Source of the DNA: the human T2T-CHM13v2.0 reference genome, Homo sapiens
Length of the DNA stretch: 64,000 nt
Direction: 5' to 3' (one strand)
Assembly (NCBI RefSeq): GCF_009914755.1
Contig: NC_060937.1
In this document: in pieces, positions 26,201 through 39,500 of the stretch
Numbering within the stretch: the first letter of the stretch is position 1
How the letters are laid out: each line of letters opens with the position of its first letter
The notes under the pieces: generated by a model
Told to the model about the DNA's origin: nothing
The model's database searches: none
The model's input: only the letters and a program-made list of their open reading frames with translations
Made by a program: the position numbers and the translations under genes

Positions 26201-26359
26201 GTAGTCTGCATTATTGACTCTGCCTCCCGGGAACTCTCACACTTCCTAAAGCACCATGGCAGCAAACAACAGTACTGTGAGTGTAACAACTCAAGTAACC
26301 TATGTTGTGCCAGACATTATGAGTGACAGAAAAGTGGAGACCACTGATCATTAGGAATT

Positions 26360-26490
26360 TATAGTCTAGCTCCCTGAGGGCAGGCAAGTCCCACATGTGA
26401 CTAATTCAGTATTAAACACCCAAGGGGCTGACACAGAGTAGATGCTCAATAAATAATGTATTAATTGAACAAAAAATAGGAATGAACAAA
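26360..26490 (+). mobile_element. L2 3' end fragment
   Basis: AGCTCCCTGAGGGCAGG...GACACAGAGTAGATGCTCAATAAATAAT. Confidence 0.65.
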
Positions 26491-28468
26491 TAGAAGCTAA
26501 CATTTATACAAATTGAAGTCAAATTAAATACCACTATTTGCAGATCACAGACATGATAGGAATTCTGAAGACAGAACCACTGAGTCGGTACAGGACACAC
26601 TGAGGAGGAGAGACTGGATTTCTGAAGATGCCCTCCCAGGCACACTGGCATTTCTGGAGAGCAAGGAGCCCTGCAGATGCAGTTTCTGACCCTTCCTCTC
26701 TGGAAAAAGTTGTAAGTATTGGCAGTCTTCTACAATCCCTCTCTACTTAAAATGCAAGGCAATCAGCCACCTCCAGAACCACTAATAATACAAACACAGC
26801 TGCTTTTGAGCACTTGCTTTTGGCTCAGCACTGTCCAAAGCCCCATACATCCCATGTTCTTCATTTCAGCATGACGCATGGACCTAACACACAAAACAGG
26901 TGAAGACACACTGGTGCCCAATGAGCATGACAGGAAAAGCCCCCTTTCTCTGCACACATTTCAGTTTTGACTGCAGCACATTCAATTATAACTCCAGCAT
27001 TGGGAAACACATTTTTTTCCCCCAAATCAAGCTGTTCATAGATAAGCCATGAAGTTAAGGGAAATCAAGACACGCACATGTGAGCGTCACATGGAGAGCC
27101 AGGGAAAGTCTAGCTCCACACCAAGCACACATCAGTGGTGCCTGAAGGGAAGAGGCTTCTTCCGAGGCAGTCATCTGAGACCACGGCTCAGATGTGCAAC
27201 CCTTCCCCAGGAGGCCAGGAACCAAAAGGTGAGGAAGAAACAGACCAGCTACATGGCATTTGTGTTTTACATTTAATATTACATATGGACTCCAGACAAT
27301 TATGCAAATAGCAGAATATATATGAAAAGAAAATGGGGTGAGTTTCCTAATAGTATCATTTTTTAATGGAAAACAATTGAGTTCCATATGTTATAATCAA
27401 GTCAGTAAACAGAGTTCCTATTTTGGAAGTGATGGGGTTTATATTTGAATTCTGTTACTTTGATTGCTTAGACACATTAACAAATCAAACTACACAGCAC
27501 ATCTATCTATGCCCTAAATATTTTGTAATATTCAACAATACACTTCTCCTATGCTGACTTTGAAAGTGTTAAAAAGAATTATGATGATGATAACTGGCTA
27601 AGTTTAAATTACTAAACTGACTTTCCATTATGGATGCCAAATACAGATTTCTTTCTGTGTGTTCAGATAATGTTCATCTTGTAACCAAAAACAGCAGAGG
27701 GAAACCGCCACAGTTACAACCCATACCACATGGGGGGAGGCTGTTCTTGTTAAACTTCGCCCAGACAGAGAGTGGTTAGAGAGAGGTGTCATTTAATAAA
27801 GTCTGCTGATTTTAAGCCCAAATAAAAAGCAAAGACCACCAAGAGTGATTCATGTCCCACACAGGAGAGAGAACTGAGCCAGACCAGTTCCATCCCTGAG
27901 CGAAGTCAGAGCAGGCTCTCTACTATCTTCCTGGGAGGGGAAGGCTGCCTCTTCCTTTCCATCAAGACAATCTCCAGGTTCAGGACTGCTTCCCAGGCCA
28001 TGGCGTGTGGCTTGGTGCATTCTCACTGGAGGGCCTGCCTGGGAACCATGGGAAGCTACTCTAAGAGTGAGGCATACTGAGTGGAAATAGGCAACTCCAG
28101 TGGTTTTTCCCAGTGAATCAGTCCTAAGCAAGACAATAGATGCCCTGCCTTTGAATCAAATATAGACACAATATAATGTGGAAAAAACTGGAAACACTCA
28201 AGTAGGGCTTCCAAACTTAACATGACTATGGTGAAAAGATCTGATATTGGAATCTGTTTTTACTCTTGGATTACCTATTGAACTTAAGCCAAGCTTTTTC
28301 AAGTTTTTCACCAATCTAGACTCTAATACTTCTACATGGATACTTTGGCTAAGTCTAATCATCTCAATTAGACATAAATATTTAGTAATCTAAACTGGAT
28401 CTCTAATAATTTAGACATTTCAACTTCACAGTCATAATTGTAAAAACTTTAAAAAATAGTCCTTATGT

Positions 28469-28760
28469 TGCCAGGCGTGGTGGCTCACGCCTATAATCCC
28501 AGCACTTTGGGAGGCTGAGGCGGGTGGATCACGAGGTCAGGAGTTCAAGACCAGCCTGGCCAAGATGGTAAAACCCCGTCTCTATTAAAAATACAACACT
28601 TAGCTGGGCATGGTGGCGGGCGCCTGTAGTCCTAGTTACTCGGAGGCTGAGACAGAGAATTGCTTGAATCCGAGAGGCGGAGGTTGCAGTGAGCCGAGAT
28701 CGCACTACTGCACTCCAGCCTGGGTGACAGAGCAAGACTCCGTCTCCAAAAAATAAAAAA
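28469..28760 (+). mobile_element. Alu (AluS), full length
   Basis: Dimeric Alu with A tail; degenerate TSD AATAGTCCTTATG / ATTAGTCATTATG. Confidence 0.96.
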
Positions 28761-31700
28761 ATTAGTCATTATGCAACACAATATTCTTTAATATTAATAG
28801 ACTAGAACACAGCATAATTAATGAAGACAACAGAAAGTTTTAACCTACACTACGAGCACATGCTTGTTTAAAACACGGGCCTAATACACTGAAAACATAA
28901 ACCAGCCACTTAGAGTTCAGAGGTCACCTCATGTGATTTTCATTCACAGACCAGACCATGGCACGTTGGGATGTCAAGTCTGGACTTTTCTGCTGACCTG
29001 TATTGCATTATCGGGTCTCACAGGGTGCCTGGGAAATGGACGGAGGCAGTGGTCGCCTGATCTATTTCTGCACTTTGCCCAGTGTAATAGGAGGATCCGT
29101 GGGAAGCCAGCAGTGGAGAAGTTTATGGAGAGCTGTGTAGTGAACCCGAAATTGCACTCCCTGCTTCCCCTCCCACCCACGGCCACTCCATTTTCCCTGC
29201 TTCTTTCTTCCTCTGACCATACTACACGCACCTTAGCACAAACATCTGATGCCTTCTTACAAGTTTTCTCACGGTTGGCCAAAGAGTGTAGATTAACCGA
29301 GAAGAAAACCCAAATCGCTGGGGGGCCACTTGATGCTGCTGTAGTCTCTGAAAATACATGCGAAATGTGTGACAATATACCTGGTGGCTCTCCTGAGAGA
29401 CGCGACAGGTCCACGGAAGGAAACCATGGAAGGATATGCCAAAGTTTCCAAACAAGGATGAGTTAATATGTTAGTAACTGACTGCAAGAATATTTAGCTG
29501 ACACAGAATAAAGAGATCAGAACAAAAAAGATACAAACAGGAACTACCAGTTTCTACACCCAGACAGATAACTAGGCCAGGTAAACCCCAAATCGAGACA
29601 GACACGATGACAGTGCTTGGAAATGTTGTGGGAAAGCTTCTATTTAAAAAGCATCAGATTCGATCCAGAGCCACTTCTACCTAATATTACACACGTAAAG
29701 ATCTATTTAAATATTTAATATTTATGTGTAATTATGGCAGTTATCATGCACTTGAGAATCAGGGCCATGTTACTCATGTAACAGGACAAGGTGAGTCCTG
29801 ACATGGGTGCTGGTGCAAGTGTGAGCAGAATAAATGTGTGGGGGGGGAGGAGGCCCACACATAAAGCTCTTCTACCTCTAGAGCAAACTGCCAAGCAGGG
29901 CGAGATTCATAAGTCAATTCGCATTACTCTCCACAAAGAATTATTTTATTTTTCTTTTCATTTCAAAATTATATCATTAGTGTATATGATCATTGTAAGC
30001 AGATGGCTAATTTCAGTTGAAAATATACACATCAATAATATATGGCAGGTTGTTCTGTTTATTTTGCTGACTGCACGGAGACAACCATAAACAAATGGTC
30101 ACACACACCGCCTTTACCTGAGACCACTTTGGGCTACTGAATGGTGGACTTAGAATGATTTTTAGCTTTCTGTGTTTTCTTTGCAATAAATAGTCAATGC
30201 TTTTGTGATAAGATTAAAACATTATTTTTTTAATGTAGTTTCAGAAAAACTTTGTGCTATCTTTCATAATTGACTTTAAAAATAAGCATTTAAAATATTT
30301 AATGCCTACAGACTTAAACTTTTGATGCAATTCCCTAGCAAGCAGATAAATAAAATTATCCTAGTTGAAGTTGTGGCCTATTTAATACATAAATCTCTGA
30401 GTCCACAGAAGCTGTAGTAACAAACTTGTTTACTCAAATAAGTGAAAAAAAGGGAATATATACAATTTATGCTTAATCATTGAACTGTACAAACATTTCA
30501 AAGATTCTAAATCCCAGCTTTACAAAGAGGCTCAGCCTAGCAGTTGCAAACCAAAAGTCATGTAATATCACAGGTTTATTCCCAAGCCAGTGTTCTGTAT
30601 CAAGTATACTTCGAATTTACCCCATTTTGGAAAACATGTACTTTTTCCATAAAAGGCTTTAATTTTTAATTAAATGTCAAAGCCTACAGTGAAGAAGAGA
30701 AGTCGAGTACAAACTGGTTCATCTGCAATTCCGAATGCAGATGAGCAGTCTGCAGTTCTGCTGTAATTGGCTGGTGTTTCCAGTCACCTCCTGACAAAGG
30801 ATGCACGCTGCTCTGGATAAGCCCAAACCCTTGACCCTTCACCCCACCATGTACTTTGGGCCTGCCACGTCTATACGGAGCTAGGAGAGCATTAACACCA
30901 AAGACCAAGGCTCCTTTCCGAAGTGCTCTGTGCACTTGGGAATACGAATACTCCCAAAGAAGGACTCTGCATCATGAGCATGTGAATTTGATGGCACACT
31001 TCATAAACAGGCAGGATCTTCAGTCTTGCATGTCTTCCATTTAATGCTAGATTGCTGCAACAGCTTAATAAGGTATTCTCTGAATGCCCCAAACATAAGA
31101 GTTTTGTTATAAAATGAATAAATAAAGGCAGGGCCTACGAAAGACACAGGCAGTAATAAGAAATACTTGGAAAATGTTTTTCCTTTTTTTGTGGATAGCA
31201 CTTTACTGCCCCCTTTTGCACTTTAACATCAGAACAAGTTTCTACGCAGACTTATTCTGAAATCAGAGAAATACTGGGGTGTAGCGATAGGGTGTCAGGT
31301 TTATACGGAATTAGGTTACCAGATACTACTGCTTAGAGTAAAAAGTAATTACCTTAAAACTTCCAGCGAGGGCACCACTATCTTCTCAGCGGCTTTAAAC
31401 CTCCAAGAAATAAGGTAGTAATTGGAGGCTTTGACATTTTCTGCTTTAATTTGGATGTATATGTGTGTTGGAACAATTGCGTGTTTTCACAGGTGCCCCT
31501 TCTTTCACACTTTCCTAAAACAAATATCGTCTGCAACATGAACCTGATTTATTCAAGGAAAAGAAAAGGGGTCTAAGAGCAGGCTATACAATTTGGAACC
31601 ATTAAAGTGTTATAAATCTGAGAGCAAAGACTAGATGGGTGGGGGTGGGGGGTACAATTCACACCAATGACAAGCAAAATCTTTTCAAGAAAAGGAAAGA

Positions 31701-34700
31701 TGAGAAGCACAGAAATTCAAACACACGGTGAACTGATCGGCACACAAACCAGTTTAGCAACTCTTCAAGGTGAGGTGTATTTGTGCCTCTTCATCACGCA
31801 TACCTTTGAAAAAAAGGAATTAAACTACAGTCTAAAGGAAAGTTTTATTTGTCAAACTTGAATCTGCAATAACAGAGCTAGAGGGCCCCCAGTTCCTGGC
31901 CCAAAGACCTCAACTTGTATTTGATACAGCTGCGTGTGATGCTGTGTATCCTTTTATTTAAACACAATCCATTTTCCTCTGTCAGTCTACAATTAGCATA
32001 TGAGTCAAAATAATATTAAATTTCACAGCCCACAGTGCTGCACAATTGAATGAAAACTGACTCCTTTTGATGTTAATCTTGTTTTTTATTTGTGATGTAA
32101 TGCTCAAAATCCTGCTGGCTGAAGTCAATTTTATTTTAAAGTGCTCAAAGACAGTATTCTCATAGTTTAAGCTTTTTTTTTTTTTCTTCAGGAAAATAAC
32201 AGAAGTATTTATTTAATTTTTATCTGTGCCATGATTTTCACTGTCATAAAAAATTCACAGAAGGGCATACCTATAAATGGCTGAGGCTAAAAAATCATCT
32301 ACTTTGGTATTAATCATCTAGAAATCTAACTTTAAGTGTGTGATCCCCAAATATCATTGTTGTCTTTTCAAAAGTTGAGACTAGTTAAATCTCTGTCATG
32401 AAATTAAAGACAAAACTCAACCACCTATATCAAAATAAAAATGCAGGTCTTTATTTACCAAAAAAACAAAAAAAAAACCACACACGCACCCCAAAAAAAT
32501 CAGCCTATGAATTTTGTAGCTAGATAAGAAAAAATGTGGAGATTTGAAGAGTAAGGCTGGGATGCTATGTACAGTGGGCAAGTGAGAAGGGGGGTGATCT
32601 CACAAATGCCAAATTTCATCCTGCTGGCTTGATCACGCCAGCTCCATTACTAAAAGGAGGATTTCATAACCTTCAGAGACAAGATGCACTGCAGGCTTCT
32701 TTCCCAACTGTAATTTGTGTGCACCTGTACGGTCTTGTTCCAAACCATGCTTTCAGCAAGAGTCTATAAAGGAAGGTGGAACTCCTGTTATTTATAGGTG
32801 AGGCACCAGAAAGAAAAATGGTTTACATAGAGAAAGAAATTCAAAGGGCATTTCCAGCTGGTTCTCTCTTGTTTTAGATATGAGTGTTCAAATCCATTTG
32901 CTCATTTACCTGAATGGGAAAAATCGCGGAGATGAAAGGCTCACGTAAGTCATACAGGGAATGCCTTGGCATTGAAAAAACTCAAAGAAATGGAATTCAG
33001 CTACAGTGACAAGCATAACAATACTACAATCTAGAGTTAGGGAGAGCATATCTTTTGTTTTAACCCTCTGCCCATCCCTTTCCTTCCTACCATCATATTT
33101 TTTTTTTAACTACAAAGAATTTTGCCTATTGACAAAAATGATTCACCCATGTATTATTAAAATGAAACCTTTCCCTTTTGGTGGGGCCAACAGCCCAGCG
33201 AGGGGCTGCCATTCCTGCTCCTCCAGGATTGAGTCTGTCTCGTTTACCATGGGACCCTCCCTCTGACCCCCGACCAGGTACCTTGCATAAATAGGGTGCT
33301 CAATAGGTGGCTGTGTAATTAAAGAATGAACAAATTAATAAGGCATAAGATGAGATAAAACTCTCCAAGTTCTCTTTTGCTATAAGAGATTCACCTTGCC
33401 AATCAAGTATAATCAGCCCAGTAACACAGTTTACAAGGCTGTGTGCAATTGCTTTACAAGCAGGCTGCTTCACAGATACCTCCTTCCTGGGCTTCAGAGG
33501 AGGGTCAGGGCTAGGTCTGCTGTGGGCGTATGACAGGAGACATTTTCCTGCACGTCTCAGGGCTTTGCCACAGCCCGTGAAGTTAGGGAAGAAAAGGAAG
33601 AAAAACAAAGCAGGCTACAAAACAGCCAGGTCTGTACTGCTACCATCAAAAGGAAGCAAAATCAGACTGGGTTCCTGACTTCCATACGGATCGCCCCCAC
33701 AACTGTGTACCTTAGGAAAATAGAAACAGCGCTCCACTGTAACTTTGAGGACGACCCATTTATTTCCTGCTTAGTCACCACATTCAGCCTGGAATTACCT
33801 TGACCAAAACCCAAAAACACCCTAGAAGTTAAATACTATAAGTGATTCAAACAAGCAGCTACTGAGAACTGCATGAAAGTAATTGGACAAGGAGGAGGAA
33901 GGAGGATGTGCTGGGGACTCTGAGTTCTAAAAGGCATGAAGATTTGGTTGTTGGAGACCTCTGGCCGGCGGCTGCATGGTCTCCAGGTAAGCAGATGCTA
34001 AGCATGGTGAAAATGCAAACCAAGGGGCACCACTTGGAGTCAAGAGAACCCCAGGCCCACCAATATTCACCGCCTGGCTTCCTTCAACAAATGGCTCCAA
34101 ACTTGCAGAACATCAAAAGCCAGATGGGCTGTACTGAATGAATCCACCGGCAAGAAGCCAGAATCCCAGTTTGCTGTAGAAATAAGCCTGGACTTGATTT
34201 GAGTCTTCTCAGCTCTGACAAGCTGGAAGCTGGCACGGATCCCAAAATCCAAAATAAAATGGCATTTAATTGTGACTAGACTCTAAAAAAGATGTCATAC
34301 TATCTCCTTAGCTTGACACACACTCAGCATCTCACCAAATGGATCTCCCCTCAAAAATCTGACCTCCTTTTCTCCCAACAAGGAACAATCAAATGTTACA
34401 ATTTTTAAAAGGAAAATGTTACCAAAGGAATACTACTCAATATATGCATGACTATTATGTATTGTAATAACTCTCCAGTCATCCTTTAAATGGGCTGATC
34501 ATTATTCTGTTTCCATTGGGTATAACCTTATTATACCCAAGATTTGACATAACCTTATTATATCAAAGATTCAAAGGTTCCATTTAAAACTACACGACCA
34601 TCATAAGAAAGTGACTATAAATCAAAATGGATAATGACAGAATTAAACCAATTATACCACAAACTTTTTGATCCATCATGTATGCACTGCTTTAAGCAAA

Positions 34701-34749
34701 TGCATGCTTAATTTAGTTATATGATAAAGACTACTCCATGCAACAGCAT

Positions 34750-34990
34750 AAGCAGGAGGCAGAAGATTAAAAGAGGGACCCTGGCCCCAGACTAGCTGGG
34801 TTTAAATCCACTTATTAGTTCAATATGACTTTGGCTAAGTTAATTAACCAATTTGGCCACAGTCTCCCCGTTGGTATTATGGATATATTAAAAGTGCTTC
34901 CCTCATATGGTTACCATGAAGGTTTCAGGAGTATTTGTCAGGCAGTTAGAATAGCAGCTGGCACATAGTGAGTGCTATACACAAAATGCT
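34750..34990 (+). mobile_element. MIR
   Basis: CCAGACTAGCTGGGTTTAAATCC...ATGACTTTGGCTAAGTTAATTAACC...CTGGCACATAGTGAGTGCT. Confidence 0.7.
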
Positions 34991-35589
34991 GTTAATAAAA
35001 CAACGTCCACCAGTTAAGCAGTTTTCTAAATATCATGTAATATCAATGTAAAAAATGCAATACTGCCCATCCCTCCAGGTTGAATTAATGTATTCATTCA
35101 ACAACCCAACTGCTCACAGTACTCTCTACTAGAATATACAAAATGAATTCAAAGAGCCTCCTCTCAGTCCACAGTTGCACAGCTGAATGAGAAAGTCCAG
35201 GGTTAAAAGTGTTATTAGAAAGCACCAAAAGCAGGAAAGCAGAGGAGAGAGAACTTAATTTAATAGGACAAAAGAATTACAAAGGGTGTTTCATGTAGCA
35301 GAAAGTCATAAGGAATGAGTAGAAGTTTGGCAGGTAAACAAAATAAATTAACATCAAGAAGTTTAAGGTGAAAGTATTATGCTATAGTCTTTATTAACAG
35401 AGTATTTTAATTTTTTCCTTGTATGCAAAGGCAAATTGAACCACGGCCAGGCACACAGTACATATTCAACTGACTTTTATTAATAACAACTGGTGTTTGA
35501 TTGATTGGTTCATTGTGCCAATCACGGAGCTTAGCTCTTTAAATACATTAAATGTTGACCAAAATTTTGTTACTCTTTTATTCAGCACT

Positions 35590-35740
35590 ATTATGTTATT
35601 GTCCCTATTATAGAGATGGGACAACTGAGAGACACTAAGGCTACTGCTCCTAAAGCTACCCAGCTAATAAATGGCTAAACTGGGATTGGACTCACATAGC
35701 CAAACTCTAAAGCATGTGCCCTTAACTAAACTACAGTGGC
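35590..35740 (-). mobile_element. MIR fragment
   Basis: TTATTGTCCCTATTATAGAGATGGGACAACTGAG...CAGCTAATAAATGGC resembles the reverse MIR core. Confidence 0.6.
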
Positions 35741-36099
35741 ACTTGCCCTACTGTCTCTGCGAAACTGAATTGCCTCACCTATCCATGATCATACTCATTT
35801 TGAAAAGCAGTAGGTACTGATAATTCTCACGTGAACAGGTAGCTGAAATCAGTGGCTTAGCTGTTCCTGTGAGGGATCTGTCTTGAGCAATGGCCGGATG
35901 CAGAGAATCCTGGGACGTGTTCACAGGTGGACGTGATAGACACACGCTGCCCTTGGCTGAAATACTGTTTCTTTGGCTTGCTTACTATTTTCTTTATTTC
36001 AGCTGTCTACTGTGACTTTGCTTAGAGATGCCCACAGTATTTCAAGACTCAAGCTCCTCCTCCCTAGGCTGTTTCCGGACCCCTCCAGAGGCAAATGCC

Positions 36100-36280
36100 A
36101 TTCCCTTCTTCTGTGTCCCCACCTTGCACCAAGCACCTAACTCTAAATGTGCTTGCTCCCACCTGGGCTTCTCTCTACAGGACTTAGACTTTAAATCTCG
36201 AGGGTACAGGTCACTCTGCCTTGTATTGTTAGAGCCGAGTAACAGGCCTAACACTTAATAGTTGCTTGCTGAATTAACAA
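36100..36280 (+). mobile_element. L2 3' fragment
   Basis: TAGACTTTAAATCTCGAGGGTACAGG...ACTTAATAGTTGCTTGCTGAAT. Confidence 0.45.
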
Positions 36281-36407
36281 CAAATACTCCACCATCAATG
36301 GTTAGATCCCTGATGCTCCCCCAACAAGGCAAGGACTACAGATTTCTTCAGAGATCCCCAAACAGCTTTAATGTTGAGTTGTTTTCCCAGAAAGGTTTGT
36401 GTAGGGC

Positions 36408-36590
36408 GAGGGTTCTCAGCATGGCCCTGAGGCAGCAGTTGCCAGCGTCACCTGGGAGCTTGTTAAACATGTCCATCTTCAAGCCCCACCCCAGACCTCA
36501 GGAATCAGGAACTCTGGGGGTGGGGCCCAGAAACCCCTGTTTTCTCAAGCCCTGCAGGGGATTCTGGTGCCCTAAAGTTCAAGAGCCAGG
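36408..36590. mobile_element. MER5A (hAT-Charlie) DNA transposon
   Basis: CAGCGTCACCTGGGAGCTTGTTAAACATG...CCCCACCCCAGACCT...GAACTCTGGGGGTGGGGCCCAG is characteristic of MER5A. Confidence 0.85.
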
Positions 36591-39500
36591 GACCTCTGAG
36601 CAGTCCCATCGTCTCAGGTCTCATCCATGTCTAGTAGCAGAAGGATGACAGTTAAAACAGGGTAAACTGCCATCAGCACAAATTCGGGTTGTCTGTCCAT
36701 TCCACTAATACTTACTGGATGCCAATGCTGGATAGAAGTAGGGACTGATGAAATGAAGAAGGTGTGTCCCTGACTTTTAGGACAGGTAGAGTGGTGAAGG
36801 CTTGCATATCAATCATGACGTACCGTGTATATGGTTCTTTCTAAGTACATCTAAGTACAAAGTGCTGTGGGATTATGAAGAAAAGACTTAAAGAGATCAC
36901 TCTTGATCTAGGTCATAAAGAGAGAGAACATGTCTAGGAGAAATCATGAACTTTACTGGACAGTCCATTATAATAATGATCCATTTTCCCATAGCAAGGG
37001 GGGGGATTCAAGGCCTACGAGAACTTGCTTTTTTTTTAAATCTAAAATGTACCTCGAATATAGTTCTGGTAGATAAGTAAAAGATGACACTTTCTAACTT
37101 CTTCTGCAGCTAGGTACATTCTCAGCTGGTCTGGAACAGGATTTGCCTTGCCCCACTCACTCATGAGACAATTCTGATTCTGGGCAAATGTTTTAGGGCC
37201 ATGGTAAGCCCAGGTAAAGGTGTGGAAAGAGCAAGGATTATAATTCATCAGCTATAACCCTAGGCTGGAAGAGATCAATTGAGAAACACTTCTGGCTCTG
37301 AAGGTCGGAAATTCTTTGCTATGCACACAGGTTAGGTGCCCCGCAGGGAATGTGGATTGGGAACAACAGTAGAATAGGCAGACAATAAGGAGCTGCACCC
37401 ACCCCACTTAAACACACTTCCACCCCTGCCAAAAATGCTAAAGCATCATTGGCTTTCCTCAAAGACAAACATGTTGACTCTAGTGGTTTCAAAAGTCTGG
37501 GTAGCACTCATAATTATTCTGGGGTGATACGAGAGTGGTGTACACAGAAAACATGGATAAGGCCGCAGTGGCAATGGGGACGTGGGTAGCAAGTATGGGA
37601 AGGCAGATACAAAAACTGTAATTAAAATTGGATGCAACAGGATTTAAATTGAGAAAATAAATTAGTAATATAAATAAATAATTATAATAATACATAAAAA
37701 CAACAATAAAATAAAAATAATAATATAAATAAATTAAGTATGGCAGAACAGCAGTGGTTCATTCACAGCGCTCTAAATGTATGCCCACCACAGAGTAGTT
37801 TGAACGCTTACTTACTCGTGCTTTAGAGAATGAAAAGAGCACACTATTAATACTCCACTACTGTCCACTTTTTCTTCCTATCTTGTTTAGAGAATTACTA
37901 AGGGCAGAAACAACTTGTTTAATGGAGCTTTCCCTTGCTATGTTTTCTTATTTGAAATCAGCAAGTATGTGCTTACCAGCCACAGAATGCTTTGGACTAG
38001 AATTACATATTTGAATTTATACATGAAAGGAAAATATGTGAATAATCTAGAGCCACTGCTGATTGTCTGCTGGAATAACAGAAATAGGTTCGCCTGGCAT
38101 TCAATGTGCATGGAAAGCATTTTATAACTGGTCACCTACTCTTTTCACTGGTTTGCTAGATCCTCCTTCCTTATCTCTAATACTTCTGAAATATCTTCTC
38201 ACAGGTAGACTACAAAGCTAAATGTTGGATGAAGGTTAGTAAACAAACGGCAGGGCTTTCTTGAATGATTGCTTTAATCACTTTAACCCTGTTTCTGATA
38301 GAAAGCTGGAGGCCAGGGCAATTCAGCTTTTTCTTTTGTCATTTGCCTGCCATAAATATGCACCAGTCTGCGTTTGAAAAGCTGAAGGAGGCAGCAAGCT
38401 TGCTGGACATTTATCATGTTCTGTTCCCTGTTAACAAGCAAATACTTTAGTTGAATGGGCCATTAGCAATCACTGTCAAGTGTAGAATGCAAGGTGCTTG
38501 GATGTGAGCAGCCTGTAAATCAGGGGGTAGCCTCTCTCTGATGAAGCTAGACAAATGAAATGGATCTGTTAATACAGACTGCTGCATTAAGTTAGAAAAA
38601 GAAGGTAAAGTAACAGGCACTGGATATGGCCAGCCTATATGCAATACTTTAAAAATGTTTTGAGTCTATGAAAGCTACATAGTAATGGCTACAGTAATTC
38701 CCATAGAAACGAGAAAAACAGTCAACAAGGGCAATGTATCTACAGCCCCAAACAGATGCTCAAGTCAGTTGAGAATTTGGAACAAAATCAGTGAAATGGG
38801 TCTAAATTATAATATTGCTCATTTAATGACCATTTTTGTCAGACACAGAATCCAAGAGTCTAGAAGGGCCCTATGCTGCTCTTTAAAAAAAAAAAACAAC
38901 AACAACAACAAAAAAACAGCACTGAATTCCCCTTTGTAAAACACACCAAGATGCACTCCATCAAGAAAGACACAGGGTGTTTGCAGCCTTTGGCATTTTC
39001 AATGTCTTGAGAGTTCAGACTCTTCCAAAGTGTGGAGACTTTCCTGTAATGCCAAATAGGGGGCAATCGAGCAAGTATTTCCTTCTGGCTTGACCCGATT
39101 GCGGATGTCACTCTGCATGGAACCCAATCGTGGTTTCAATGGCTTATTTTGTTTAATGGCTGAAATGGAAAGTATGGAAGGCAAAAACAAAAGTCTAGCT
39201 TACTTACAAGGTTGTTCAGGAGAGAGGGCGGGAAGACTCAACAGCACAGAGATTTTTCTGTTTTTGACTTTAAGGCTGGGCAGCACTAACATTTTTATAA
39301 TCCTGTAATTTACACCACCTCTAACAGCCTGCCCCATTCAACTCAAAGTTTAAGACTCACATTTACGAGTAAAATTACATCTAGGTAGAGCCCACTGCTT
39401 TTGGCATATTGGATTACTACTCATTTGAATTAAAACTAAATTCCTCCCTCCCCTTTTAAAAATTGTATTTTATCTTTTTTTCCAGGGTGGGAAAGACAAA

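Noticed and set aside
28933-29466. Overlapping 177-aa (+) and 146-aa (-) ORFs in intron 1
   Set aside because: No recognisable protein motif or splice context; better explained as chance in a locally GC-richer patch.
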